In this document: one piece after another, positions 1 through 12,885 of the stretch
Layout: each line of letters opens with the position of its first letter
Numbering within the stretch: the stretch's first letter is position 1
NCBI GenBank assembly: GCA_030704615.1
Contig: CM060731.1
Location: 79,980,001-80,044,000, forward strand
Direction of reading: 5' to 3'
From: Takakia lepidozioides
Lineage: Eukaryota; Plantae; Bryophyta
DNA length: 64,000 nucleotides
Notes under the pieces: generated by a model
The model's database searches: none
The model's input: the letters and a program-made list of their open reading frames with translations, nothing else
Told to the model about the DNA's origin: nothing
Program-made: the position numbers and the translations under genes

Positions 1-292
1 AACTACCACTTACTTTTAATTTCTCAATGCGAAATTGAAACTCTCACTCCCGAAACTACCACTTAATTTTAATTTCTCAATGCGAAATTGTCTCCCACCC
101 CCCTCATATGGGCGAAGTGCCATGACCAAGGCCATATTCTTCTAAATTTTGACCATGCAAGTAACGCAGTCACTTTTTCACTCCCAGGTTCTCAATAAAA
201 AAGGAATGGCTTCTTTCGTTTGAATCCATCCTTCCTCGCTCTCAATCCCCAAACTACTACTTAATTTTAATTTCTCAATGCAAAATTGAAAG
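1..292. repeat. Three dispersed/tandem copies of a ~38-bp AT-rich unit
   Basis: aactacc/tacttaattttaatttctcaatgc(g/a)aaattg at ~1, ~54 and ~252. Confidence 0.7.
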
Positions 293-1540
293 ATAGATCA
301 GATATTTATCGTTTTGGTGCAACTGCACCCTATAAATGCACCATGCCTCAAAACAAGTAACTCCTATGACCACGGTTTAGAAACATACAACCCCCATGAC
401 CGTGGGTTGTGCTGACGTGAGCATGCTCACGATATGCTCACAGGATACCAACCCCCCGCACAATGTTGGCGAGACAAAGATGAGCCACCAATAGTGGCCT
501 AAGCTAAGAGACAATGAAATACTAGTAGCTTCGGGCTTGCATTTCGCATGCTCGTAAATCAACTAAATTTCCTATTGCGGAAGAACATACAATGGCGCTA
601 GTTGACCTCATTCTCTTCACCATCAACAACAAAAAAGAGAAATGGGCACTATGAAAGCTCACCGCACGGAGGGGGGGCATCGTTCCAGGTAACTCAAGAT
701 TCAGAATTCCTTGTGCACAGGGAACCTCCATTTCCTGGCCAGGAACTATCAAAGCCTTTGAATAATTTGATTCTCGATTTTTCGGCGCATCTACAAACAG
801 CTGTATAAAGAGCCTGCCAAGACTTACAGCTAGCTTCAAACATAAATAAGAGTGAACCGTCTAATACAACAGCACTCTCAAACTTGGCATTTTTCCTTCA
901 AATACTAAACCACATCTAAGTTTTCAAAGATAACACATGTACCATCAACATTACCCAAACTAGGCCATAGTATTCCCGAGTGATAGATTAACAAATGAAT
1001 AGCATTGCCGGTACTGCGCAGTACTAATCTCTAGTGTGCATAAAAAGAATCAGTTAGATGTCAGGATCTTTATGCCAAATGACAATTAAGTTGGTAACCG
1101 CGTTCAATAGGTTTTGTTTCTTGCAAACTGCAAAGATCACATACCATAGCAACAAGATTGTCACCACATACAGAAGGCCGCCACCGGAATGATCCTATTA
1201 ACTATTTTCCAAAAGAGGGCACTTAGCTTCGCTGCTCTATCATTTCTCCATATTCTAGCCCATATCACTCAGCCCATATCACTTTTAAGACCGAAGGGGC
1301 AGAAGATATATGTGATGCCCATTTCAAACTATACCACTTCAAATCCATCAAGTTTATGGGGACTAGAAGAGGGCATCTCATCTTATAAACTGTGCAAGCC
1401 AAAAATAGGTCATGGTCTTTCGACATCCATATCCATTCACATGGATCAAATTGCACTAGAACAATATGGGCATTAAAGATCAACCAACATAGGTTGTCCT
1501 TATAATACTGGAAAACATTGAAGGGTGTTCTCCGGCACAT

Positions 1541-2098
1541 GGCATCATAGATGCCTTGGGAATGGCTACCCAATATAATACTAGCTTCAACCAGATTGTG
1601 ATGAGACTTTTCAAAGGCACTTGAACGTCATTAAAGGTCAATATTGCTATTCAAATATTGTACAGTGTAATTGCAGGGGGAAAAGAACATTCAATGGCAG
1701 AAGTGTTGTCCAGTTGAACTTTGGACCAACAACAAGGCATGTTCAAGTTAACTATGAAGAACAACGTTGCTGCAGCAATGGCTCCACCTTTTGACCTAAA
1801 TCCATTGACAAGGCTTTGGCGGATTGTTACCGCATCTAAGGTGTTGGTTCACATCTTTCCATAATATACTAAAATTACTGAGATTGCAATGGTGCAGGTT
1901 GTTGGCAGTGTGGAGGACGAAAGGTGCTTTAACACTTTGGGTTTTGTCATGTCAAAATTACACAACATGCTTACCACCCATTTGCCTCTTGTTGTGCACA
2001 TGTTTGCTCAAAGTTTTTACACGTTGGAAAATGATCCATATGATGAGGCAATTCAGCAATGGAGAGCTACCCGGGCTCGCTACACATTTTACACTTAG
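1541..2098 (+). pseudogene. hAT-superfamily transposase C-terminal (dimerization domain) remnant
   Basis: Translation through stops: ...QQQGMFKLTMKNN..PPFDLNPLTRLW...EIAMVQVVGSVEDERCFNTLGFVMSKLHNMLTTHLPLVVHMFAQ, with the hAT dimerization S..ERxF motif. Possible 3' end ...TGGACGCTG at ~2539 preceded by repeated GCCAC motifs. Confidence 0.7.
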
Positions 2099-4706
2099 AG
2101 GTGTTGGACTCCAAAGGTTATGGCAACTTCAAGGCACCATTTAAAGTGTGCAAATGTAGACATGGCTTATTATGGTTCAATGTGCTTGAACTAGTTCAAT
2201 CCCCCGGCAACTCTATCTTTGTGTTTGGGTCAGTCCATATGCGAATAGGATTTGTTTGTTCATGTCTGTTTTTCTTCCAAGTTTTATTTAGATCAGAAAG
2301 CCCTCTTTTAAGGGTCTAGGGTGCCACACATTAGTAGCTTTGTAACTGAAAATCGCCATCCAAACCACCTCCAAATCACAACTAACCCTTGTTAATCGCC
2401 ACATTATTTCACCACCTCAACAAAACTTGTAGCCACCAAATGCTCCAGAACAAACCATGCGCCATATTTACATATGCAAATTTTACCTATAGCCACCAGA
2501 ATAAATGAGCTTGTACATGATTTCGCCACATGGACGCTGGTTAGATCAGACAGATAGACTCGCCAACTACTTTACAAAATCAAAAAAAAAAAAAAAAAAC
2601 ACTGATGGGGATTCAACTGTAGAGCATGCGCGTGCAGACAGGCATTCATTGCCATTGGTGATACTGCCAAACCGCCGCCATAGCTGAGTAATGAGAGGGT
2701 TACAGTGACGATGATATTGGAGATATGCATGTAATTTTTGGGAATTTCTAGCATAGTCCCATCCTCATCAGCATAAATGACTCAGAAGCAATCAGTGACC
2801 AAAATTCCCAAAAAAAAATTTGTTTTTTTGTTTTTCTTGGGCGTACTCAAGCACCACGCTTCCCCATGACGATACATAAATGGAGAAAAAAAAATGCCTA
2901 GGTTTGGCGAAATTAAAGTTATTTTTTCCTTACTAGAGAATTTGTTCTGGGTCCCTCTTTGCGACTTAAACACTCATAAGGTAGTCTTTTGCTCTACTTA
3001 GCAGACCATGTGTTGGATGCTAATACATTTTCTAGAGATATTATACAATATTCTATGTCGTGAGGTTAGGGATGATGACAATATGGAAAATGAGACCAAT
3101 ATGGGATTAGTGTCTCATTAGGATTATAATATGCCAAGGTGGCTGTAGCATGTGATAGGAAAACTTGAATACAATTTGGGAAGTATTGCCCGCTGGTTGT
3201 TATGATTATGATTTTTATATATATGAACTTGATTGCTTGCAATGAGCCCGACAAGAGGTGTGTTATTTGGAGTGTTCATCTTGAGATATATCTTGGATAT
3301 GTTGATGTGACGGAAGTTTGTATGTAGATTGGAAGGTGATCATGATCAAATTTCAGATCCTCCCTAGGTATGTTAGACTTTAGTGAAGCACAATTTTACT
3401 CAACATGCATTTAAACATTTAAACCTATTGATCTTTGCATACTCTACAATTGTGTAGCTCCACAAATAACTTGGCTTTATCGACTAGCCAGTGGAGTTTT
3501 CCAGTTTCCCATTTCTTCTTCCTTTCAAACGAGATATATAAACCTCTCAATGGGCCTCCATGAAGATAATCGCATCAAGGACATGGATCTTTTTTGAAAA
3601 TACCTACATGCAAGTAGTTTTACGATTATTTTCATGAAGGTAGTTGCAAAAACAAACTTGACTATCGTCAGTGAGGTACTTCACAAACCCATAGCAAATA
3701 TGAATTAAAACCCACAACCTCATGTATTCCAATAGAATGCTTTGACCAATTGACTATATAATATCAAGTCTTCTTATTAAGTTAAGATCTTTTAGAAACC
3801 AGGAACCTATAACCTTCTGGTCAAGTCATAGTTAGATTTGAACTTCTTCTTTGGTACAGATCCCTACAAATCATCCTCTTCCTCACTATCATGTATATCA
3901 GAAGACACCACCACAGTTCCATGTGCACTTTCAGGATAGTTGAAGAACTAAGCAGAAGCCACCTCTGTCATTGCAAACCTTACTCCAGAACCCAGAAGTT
4001 CAGTGAACTCCATAACCAATTTGCTCAAGTTATAAGCTTGGCGCTCTTGGGATTCACAGCCTCTGCCATGCAGAATCCACCTTGCAGAATCCAAACATCA
4101 AGCCACAAAACACACAGTACTTAAAGGAAAGAGGGGCATAGAGGGTGAATGCGGTGTACTTTGCGTGCCGCCCCCGTCACTTTTCTTTCATCGCGCCGCC
4201 ACTCCTCCTCCGCAATAGCAAAGCAGCATATAAGCCAACACACCCGCATTCAAGCAGCCCCCTCCAAACGTATGTCCAACACTCTAATTTCTGGTGACAA
4301 GACTCAGCACCTCGCCATTGAAGGAGATGACACCATTTCCTCGGGCAACGCAGCGCTCTGGCGATGGCCAGCCCCTCCACCCCGCTCTGCCTTGTGATCG
4401 GACGATCGAGGTAGGTGCACATGGCGAATCTGGCTGAACCCCGACGCGATGGGGCGCCATGCCTTGGATTTCTGATTTAGGGCATCATCCCCCCCACCCC
4501 CCGATTTCCATGCGAAAACGATGGGTTCTCTGGTGCTTTCTGGCACTAGCTGGCCGCCAGGGCCCCGCCCCGTTTCGTTTCGTTTTGTTTTACCCCTGGA
4601 AATTATAAAGGGGTGTCACGGGCCCTTGGATTTTGGTGCTTTAAGGTTTTTTTTCGCCTAAAAAGAAGGGGCTTCTGCCAACCCCCGATAGTCATGGTTT
4701 TACCTA

Positions 4707-5777
4707 CACTACAAGAGATCCTGGTTTTTTTTTACAACAAAGGTAGTTCACACCTGGCTTTTCTTACACACAATTTTACACCTCTGTAAAATTTCGATGG
4801 TGTAGAATGAGCCAGTGTAAGAAAAGCCATTTCGTGTAGACTAGTCTACACCAAACTTACACCTTCTGTGGTCAACGGTTGTTGACCGAGAATGTGTCCA
4901 ATAGTGTACAAGGCTTATCTCACACCGGTGTGAGAATGAGCCATATAGTGTAAGTTAATCCACACAATGGGGTGGAACTATATGATGTGACATGCTGACT
5001 ATACATGGTGTGAGACAGGTTACTGGGCTTATTTTACACTAGTGTAAATTATGCCACATTGGTAGTACACGTCCATTAAGGAACTAAGAGGTGACATGCT
5101 GACTAGACATGGTGTGAGAAAGGTTACTGGGCTTATTTTACACTAGTGTGGATTATGCCACATTGGTAGGGCAAAGTTTGTTATATTTTACAATGAAACC
5201 ACTATGTTGTGTATGTATGTGTAATAGGTGTGTTGGTTAATGTATAATGACTTAGTGATGTTATAATCATGAGGTTTTAGGTTCAAGTGTGTATTGTCTA
5301 GTAATGTGTAGGATGTTGTGCGGTCAACCGTTGACCTCGGATGGGGCGGCATCAACGGTCAACGCATATTTCAAATTTTAAATTTTTGAACCGCCAAAAT
5401 TTGAATTTTTAAAATTTTGAATTTTTGAACAGCCAAAATTTAAAATTTAAATTTTGAATTTGAATTTTGAATTTTGAATTCGCCACATTGTCAAGCAAGG
5501 TGTAAGATAAGCCATCAAAAAATCCAGTTGAAACGGATGTAAGAAAAACAAGTCAAAACGGGTGTAAAAAAAGCCAATAAAAAAAACCAGACAGGCCGGG
5601 CGCCACGTCAAGGTGTAGATGGGTGTAAGTTGGCTTTTTCGACACCACTGGCTTTTTCTACAGGGTGGCGGAATCAACACGGTTTACCTTACACCCAGGA
5701 GGTGTGAGCAGGTGGTTTTTTTTTACACCTGCAGGTGTAAAAAAAAGATGTAAGAAAAACCAGTTTCTCTTGTAGTG
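4707..5777. mobile_element. Non-autonomous CACTA (En/Spm) element, 1071 bp
   Basis: TIRs CACTACAAGAGATCCTGGTTTTT vs reverse complement CACTACAAGAGAAACTGGTTTTT; perfect 3-bp TSD CTA (4704-4706, 5778-5780); subterminal TACACC/GGTGTA motifs; ~80-bp internal direct repeat (~4987 and ~5090); no ORF. Confidence 0.92.
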
Positions 5778-7198
5778 CTACTTTGACCATGACTTCCCCA
5801 TATTGATACACCAAACATGTCTGCGATCATTCATATATGAGTACTGTAATTCAAATTGCCTCAACTCATTTTATCTTTAATATCAAACTTTTAGTCACAG
5901 TATCATCACAGTTACGTGTTTAAGTATCTTTTGGAGTTTTCTGCATTTTTACCACACCCCTGACCAACCTTTGAGTTGTAGGAAGATGCAGGATTCGTTG
6001 TTGGAGATGAGTTCATATCGGCGGCAGTAAATGGATTGAGAGTTGTAAAGCTAATGACAACATTAAGAGTAACAACCCGACACATTGCTGCTAATTAGAG
6101 CTGTATGTTCATGACAAAGTCTATCAGTTGTGCACATGACAATTGATAAGTACAATAATATATAAATGAAATAACTACGCAAAAAGTGAGCCACCCTAGC
6201 ATGTTTTGATACAATTCACTTAAAAAGATATGGAATAATATTTGATGTACACTATTATAATTTAGTTGAATCCAAATGGTACGCGTGTATTGTGTGCTAA
6301 TTTCATAGCACACATGTGAACTTCAAAGATTGCAAAGACGGTTGGTTTTGCTAACTGCAAAGATTATAATAAGATAATTGACCATCACTAGCGTACATGG
6401 ACATCACCTTATTAGACCATGCAACATAGTTCATAATTGGGAGACTGCCGACTATCTACAGCAGGATCTACTACAACTTGCTCGTCATCTGTTATAGTTT
6501 TCAATCCTCCTCACCTGCGTGACATTAGAACTATAAGAGATGATGTGATGATGTCTATAGACCAGATCTATTGCACATGCAGCAGGGGTTTGAGAACATT
6601 GAAGAAGAGTGGGCTTGAACACATAGCCAACATCACATGCTATCTCACCCCATCCTGCTGCATCACATGCATGCGGCTCATTACCACATGTATTTGTCCC
6701 ACAAAATATGTCCATGTTCAACCTAAAAGTGCTCAACATTTTAATGTATAGCCAAAATCTTCTCTCTTTTCAATTTATAAATCGGACGTGACGTGGGCGA
6801 TTTGTACCGAATTTATTTTGGCATTTATTCCAACAAAAATTTAGTCGACATCATCGATATCCCTAATTCACACGAATCACCATACGGGTTCCACCTTGCA
6901 CGTGCATTAGCTCATTGTCTCTAAATTTCTTTGACATTGTTAGCACCTACCATCTTGAGGGCCCCATCTTGGCATGCATGACCACACTATAGGTTAGCTA
7001 GGCTTAGGACTCGGTGTAACTAAAAATCATCATAGTATAATTATTGAAAAATAAAATAACACACCAAATGAAGTTGTGATATAATGTTGTGTGGTGCATA
7101 TTAAATTTCTTTTGGACTAATGAAGACCTCTAGAAGACTATTATTGAAACAAATGTAACTTATAGTACCACTTCACTTTGAAGGAAGTAGAAGAAGTA

Positions 7199-8113
7199 TG
7201 ACGCCTCCCGAAGGGAGCGTAACTTATGGTGTCTCTTCACCACAAGGGCTACTGCCTTCCAGCCCACTTTGAAGGACTATTACTGTACGTTTGTAAAGTT
7301 GTGGGCAACTACTAACATCTGCATTAAGTAATCAGTTCACTCACTTCCCCACTTTTTATAGCTGGATTGGCCATACTAGGTGACATCCAACATACACCTC
7401 TGTGATTTGAACCCACGACCAATTGTAAGGCGGCCTTATGTCATGTCATGTGTTGGATGCTAAAAAAAACCTCTATATAACAATTACAAAGTCAGAAATT
7501 ATGGTCTTTTAAATAACACATGAGAATATACTAGGGTAGCCTGTGCCGTTGGCCCAAGTGTCAATGTGCCATCTAAGCCCAAGTGCAATCTAAGCCCAAG
7601 TGCAATCTCCTATGTCGAGGCCCAAGTGTCAATGTGCCATCTAAGCCCAAGTGCAATCTCCTATGTCGAGGCCCAAGTGCGACCTCTAGGGTAGCCTCTG
7701 CCAGTGGCCCAAGGGTCCAATGTCATATAAGTCCAAATGCATTTTTTTTCTACGGAGCCTACGACCAGATTTGAACCGGAGACCTTTCTTTTATATGTCT
7801 CCGCTCGAGGCTCCAACCATTGACCCAGGAATTCCCACTTTGCAATTTTTCGTGAATTTCCAGCAACCCAAAGTACTTGAAATTCCACATCTCCCACACC
7901 GCATGTCCAACAATCGTGAGACCAAGCCTGTGCACCCCTCCTCGTCGAGGGCTTTTCAATGGGATTAAGTACCAGGGCTGGGGCCTCGCGGTTGGGGACA
8001 TCTCAAATCTACAAAACAAAACAAAACAAACGTCTCGCTTCATATATTGATGACACCTCCGAAGGAAGCGTAAATTATGGTGTCTCTTGACCCCGAAGGA
8101 CTACTGCCGTCCG
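7199..8113. repeat. Pair of ~63-bp direct repeats (7199-7262, 8051-8113)
   Basis: tgac(g/a)cctcc(c)gaagg(g/a)agcgtaa(c/a)ttatggtgtctctt...ctactgcc(t/g)tcc occurs twice, each followed downstream by a reversed B-box-like ttgaaccca. Confidence 0.6.
7531..8050 (-). mobile_element. Non-autonomous Helitron (520 bp)
   Basis: Minus strand starts A|TC at 8050 and ends CTAG|T at 7531; imperfect hairpin CTTGGGCC-AAC-GGCACAGG shortly before the CTAG; (GTTTT)n near the 5' end; related copy at 31.7-32.75 kb. Confidence 0.75.
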
Positions 8114-8618
8114 GTAGAAAGGTGGACAGCTTTGTGACACCAATCGGTGGATTGAACCCACAACCACTTCCGAGGTAGTATATGCCCATTGCCACTTGCT
8201 ACAACTTGGTTGTCTAAGATAACACACATTATTATTTTTAACTATCTTCAAAAAAATACTTGAGTTAACTACATTATAGAAAATACTATTTTATAGAGGT
8301 ATTTATTTGGATAACAATCAATACTTACCATTATAGATGTAATTTAGCGAATATGGGAAAATCTTTAAAATGAATGGCCATGAAAATATCTCTTCTTACA
8401 ACTTGTTCTTTGAGTAATTTCAGATTTTTTATCTTGTGTGGCATGATAATAATTAATTGAGTATCTTTACCCTGAGTTTCATATGCCAACAAATGTCTAT
8501 AGGAATGATATCCAATATAATTTTGCCATTGATAGTAATGTTTGAAGAAAAATAATATCAATAAATACATTCTCTCATAGAACCATGATGAACTTGATAC
8601 ATTAAATGCTTTCGAGCT

Positions 8619-8919
8619 TGTCAAGTTATTTTACCACTAGTGTGAAGTTAGCTAGGAAATAGCTAGCTTTTATATATTGACATTTGGGATTGACTCAAGT
8701 GTCAATCCAGGGGCCAATACATGTTTGGGCACCTGACGTTGTTATCTTCATGGCAGATCGCGGTGGGCTCATCTTTCTCGAGTTGAGCCTCACCGCGTCT
8801 AGCTATGGCGTTGTAGTGTGGATTGCACTTGGCTCGACTTAATATATGAGTGATGTTTTCACGTGCAAGTGTGTGAGTTTGAGAGAGCTTGTATGCTTGT
8901 ATTATTCCTTTCCTTATCA
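8619..8919 (+). repeat. 5' LTR of the DNMT-carrying Ty3/gypsy element (~301 bp)
   Basis: TG...CA ends; closely matched in two blocks at 31069-31259 and 31522-31617; TATA-like tttatata ~8669; internal hairpins at ~8676-8707 and ~8760-8796. Confidence 0.7.
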
Positions 8920-9814
8920 CTCGAGAAAGATGAGCTCGAGTCTGTGAGTGCCGTAGCACTTGTGTTTTCAGATCATGAGAAACGGTTCATCCTAGAGTGC
9001 AGAGATCCATGCATGAGTCTATCCAAAGCGGATAGAGTGCAAATACGAACAAGTTGCAGGTTTGCAATGGATAGAGAGGCGGGTAGCCTATGTTGAAGAA
9101 CGGCGTTGCATAGCTCAACGCTACGGCCAACCAAGTTTGGGCTTCTAGTGTGAAGCGGAGGAAATGATGGCCACGAGTAGGCGCGAACTGGTGGTCGTCT
9201 TCTTCAGCTGCAGGCCGAGTTAAGGAGCTGCAGAAATGTGGGCTGCGCATGAGAACTTAGCATGTGGCAGGTTGGAGATGACATGATCAGCTCCATGTAT
9301 TTCTGCCCGAAACTAGTTGTTGCGGGTAGATGAGGAGCAGCCGAAAGGTGGAGCTGCGAGGGGATGCATCGCAGCTTGTTGGGAGCTTCACCTCTAAGCT
9401 CATGAAGAGGTATGAGTGAAGAGAGAGGGCTGGTCCATCTTGTGTGCAAATCAGTGCACATGTGAAGCATGTGTTTGAGTTGGAAGTTTCAATCTGAAAC
9501 TGTAGCACAAGGGCTCTTGGAGTGGCAAGAGCGGGGCTGGAAGGGCAGCAACGAGGCGCCCTAGAGTCAAGGGAATGTGTAGTAGAACTGCAGGTACACC
9601 AAGGTTGTAAATGTGTGTATTTTCAGATTTGTTTTTGTAAGCTTCATGGAGAAAATGGAGCTTGTTGGGCAGCATATGGCTTGCTTGTTGAGTTGGGGGC
9701 GCTTCTAGTGGATCGTGAGAGCTCAGGAGTGCAGGGCAATGGAGCTGATGGCTCCGTAGAAGCCATAGCTCGTTGGCAGCAGGTGCAGGAGCAAACCCCA
9801 GCTGGGGAAGAGCT

Positions 9815-9892
9815 CGGGAATGCATGGGAACTCGTGGGAACGCCCGGGAACGCATGAGAACTCGTTGGGAGTTCCAGGGAACGCAGGGAATA
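9815..9892. repeat. Short GGGAAC-based ~10-bp tandem array in copy-1 5' UTR
   Basis: gggaatgcat gggaactcgt gggaacgccc gggaacgcat gagaactcgt... Confidence 0.6.
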
Positions 9893-12734
9893 GTGGTCGT
9901 GATGGGCCGTTGGGGCGGTATCACGAGATACCACGAGCCTAGGTCATGACTATTGACCGTGACCGTTGACCGTGACTGTTGGAAGTCGTGGTGCGGACAC
10001 AACGGGTGGGCACGGTGACCAGATCGTGGGAATGGCGGGCCATGAAGGCTCGTGGGAGTGGTACCACAGGATATCACGAGGCAGCCCGTGGCCAACGAGT
10101 GCTTAGGGCGGGCCGTGAGGAGTCGTGGCGGTTGGAGCCATGGAAGGCCGCGAACAGGAAGAGTGAAAAAAAAAAATTAAAAAAAAAAACTTTTTTCACT
10201 CGTTTCGTGGGACCTTGATGGGAGGCTGGGCTCTGAAGAACAACGGTTTTGAGCTAGCTGATCTGGCAGAAAAGTCGGAATTGCCTCCCTGTTGCGTTTT
10301 AACAAAGGGGATTACTTCCCTGCAGGTAATCTTTTCGGGTTTTCAGCCCAATTCTTAACTATGGGGAAGACCAGCCTGCAGGTAATTCCTTTGGACATAA
10401 TGTTGTTGGGGCCTATATGTACCTCTGTTTGCTCCATTTTTGAACCTTCAGTGAACGGTGTGGTTTCCTGAGGTGGTTCCATTATGAGGAATGACTGGTG
10501 GACAAGAGGAGGCACTGGCAGACCCTATGGAGGCTTGCATGGGGCCTTGGAGGCCAAGTTTCATGAGCTCGTGGAGGGCGGTTTTTGGAGTGTCTACAGG
10601 ATGCTCTCATGGTCATGCAAGTGAGAGAAGAGAGGGAAAAAAAATGGTGTTGGGATGAGAGCGTGATGGGGATAGGCATTGCTTTAGTTTCCCTTCCTCG
10701 TAGCTTTCTACCTTCTCTGTAGGCCGAGACGTTTCCCTAGGTGGAGGCAAGAGTCAGTCCGGGTTTGGGCTGGGTTGCAGGAGCGACACTGTGGAGTTGT
10801 TTTTGGTGTGGGGGAGTTGTTGTTTTCATTCTTGTGTTTGGATCCCCTCCACACCTGTATGCTTGATTGTGCATCATGCTAGTTTTGTGTGGGCGCTTGA
10901 TTTTATGGGTGGTTGACTCGGGCTTGATCGCCGATCCAACCCTAGAGCATGCTGTCGATGGTGAGGCTGGGTTGCTGACCAGTCAGACCATCTTTGTTTC
11001 TCATGTGGTGAGGTTGGAGGTGATGACCAGCCAACCATAGGAGTGCCTGCGGTGGATGCAGGTGCAGGTGCAGGCTATGTTAGGAACCTAGTATTCCAAA
11101 CCATAAGCCGCATCAGGTTCTCTACCCGGTTACCTTGTGGAGAGGGGGTTAGAGACGGTTGAGTGTCAGTTTGTCAACACGGAGGTGCCACTAGTTGCTG
11201 GAGAAAGTGCCGGTACGAGTACTAGTAATACTAGCGGGTATACGAGACGAGGTGTGCGGTTTAGGCCACCTTCACCTCCTGTGTCTTCTACGGAAGGTTT
11301 TGATTCGAATTGTGAATCAGGAGGACTCACACCGGCGGTGCAAGTTGTTTCCTTGCCATTGTTGTGGGACACAATGGAGGAGATGTATGGAGCCACCAAG
11401 GGGCCAAGTAGGTACTCTGGGGCGGTGGGCACCATTGAGTTGGATGATTTTAGCCAAAAGTTTGATAATTGTTGGGACTTGCAGCAAATGGGCAATCCAC
11501 AACTGTTTACGCCTTTCATGGCATGGAAGGGGCTGATTCAGCACCTTGAGGGACCGCCCATGGATGACTACCATGAGTTTAGGCGGGGGCACGATGTTGA
11601 GATCGAGGAGTGGAGGATGTACTGGTCATCCGACTACGTCTCCATCACTAGAGGCATTATAGGCACAAGGGCAGCAGCCACACCGGCAGCTGCACCAGTA
11701 GCAGTAGCTACAACAGCAGCTTCCACGAGCAGTAGTGGGACTAGTGGTATAGCAACTACGACGTCCACCCAAGCTACTGCTGCACCAGCACCAGTGGCGG
11801 TGCCTGCCTTCAACCCTGTTGTGGAGTTCTTCGAAGAGTTATGAGGGAACTACCAAGGGGTGAGGACAGAGAAGTTGCGGAGCTTGCAATAGTTCCAATG
11901 GAAGCCGACCGAGAGCTTGAGGGAGGCTTTCACTCGCATGAGGCGCTTGATAAATGTAACCCAAGGGATTACGGAGGCTCAGGCAGTCCAGTTCTGGTAC
12001 GGGATATTGGACAAGGAGCTGAGGAGAAGGGTGCGGGATGCAACTCTCCTACAAGCGGCCCATCCCACCTTAGCAAATGTGTTTTTGCTGGCAGAGCGGA
12101 TAGAGCTCAACATGGTGGAGGCACGAGTGGTCATGGTGGGATTTGCTAAAGAGGCACCACGGAGTAGTGGTGCTCCTAGCCAGCCACTACCTCAACGTGC
12201 TCAAGGCATCAAGGGGGCTCAGGTGAAGCCCAGGGAAGGACAGAGAGGACCTCAGATGTAGGGGTCTCTCCCTTCATTTGCAAGCCAACAACGGACGGAT
12301 GTGGTGTGCTAGACATGTGGAGGACCCCATGCCAAGAAGGATTGCCCAGAGGGCAATGGTTTGGCACAGGCACAGCTTGCACAGTTGCAGTGTGGGCATT
12401 GTGGCAAGTACGGCCATGGAGAGGCCCAGTGCTATGGTTTGCATCCTGAGTTGCGCCCAGGCCAGTTCCAAGGGAACAATGGTGGCCAGGGGCGAGGTGG
12501 AGTAGCCCAGAGAGGACGAGGTGGCCAGGCACGAGGTGCAGGCCAAGGTCAAGCTCAACATGGCCAAGGATGTTGAGGTCAGGGTGGTGACCAAGACATG
12601 GCCAACCGGCTTCAGCAGCTAGAGCAGAGGCTCGCTACCATGGCCACAACTTAGGTGGTACCGGCTCCAAGGCCGGATGGTCCACCTCCTGCTCATGAGG
12701 GAAGAGATATAGGAGGCATGGGATTCATGTGCGG

Positions 12735-12885
12735 GGCAACACTACCACTACTACTATAGGTAGGGCACCACTACCACTAGTGAGGGGTGCCACTACCACT
12801 ACCACTGTGGGTAGGGCACCACTACCACTAGTGTCGGGCAGCACTACCACTACCACTATGTGCGGGGCAGGACTACCACTAGTGC
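12735..12885. repeat. CTACCACTA-rich local expansion in copy-1 gag-pol, absent from copy 2
   Basis: Repeated gcac(c)actaccacta(g/c) units; copy 2 has a single gcactaccactagtg at ~18468. Confidence 0.7.

Noticed and set aside
377-1573. Several 60-105 aa ORFs
   Set aside because: No homology recognisable by eye; consistent with chance ORFs in decayed sequence
3780-3890. Possible transposase N-terminal fragment on the minus strand (KKKFKSNYDLTRR)
   Set aside because: Too short and degraded to support
9451-10679. Antisense ORFs in the retroelement leader (e.g. 214 aa at 9451-10095)
   Set aside because: Low complexity, no recognisable domain, not conserved in the copy-2 leader
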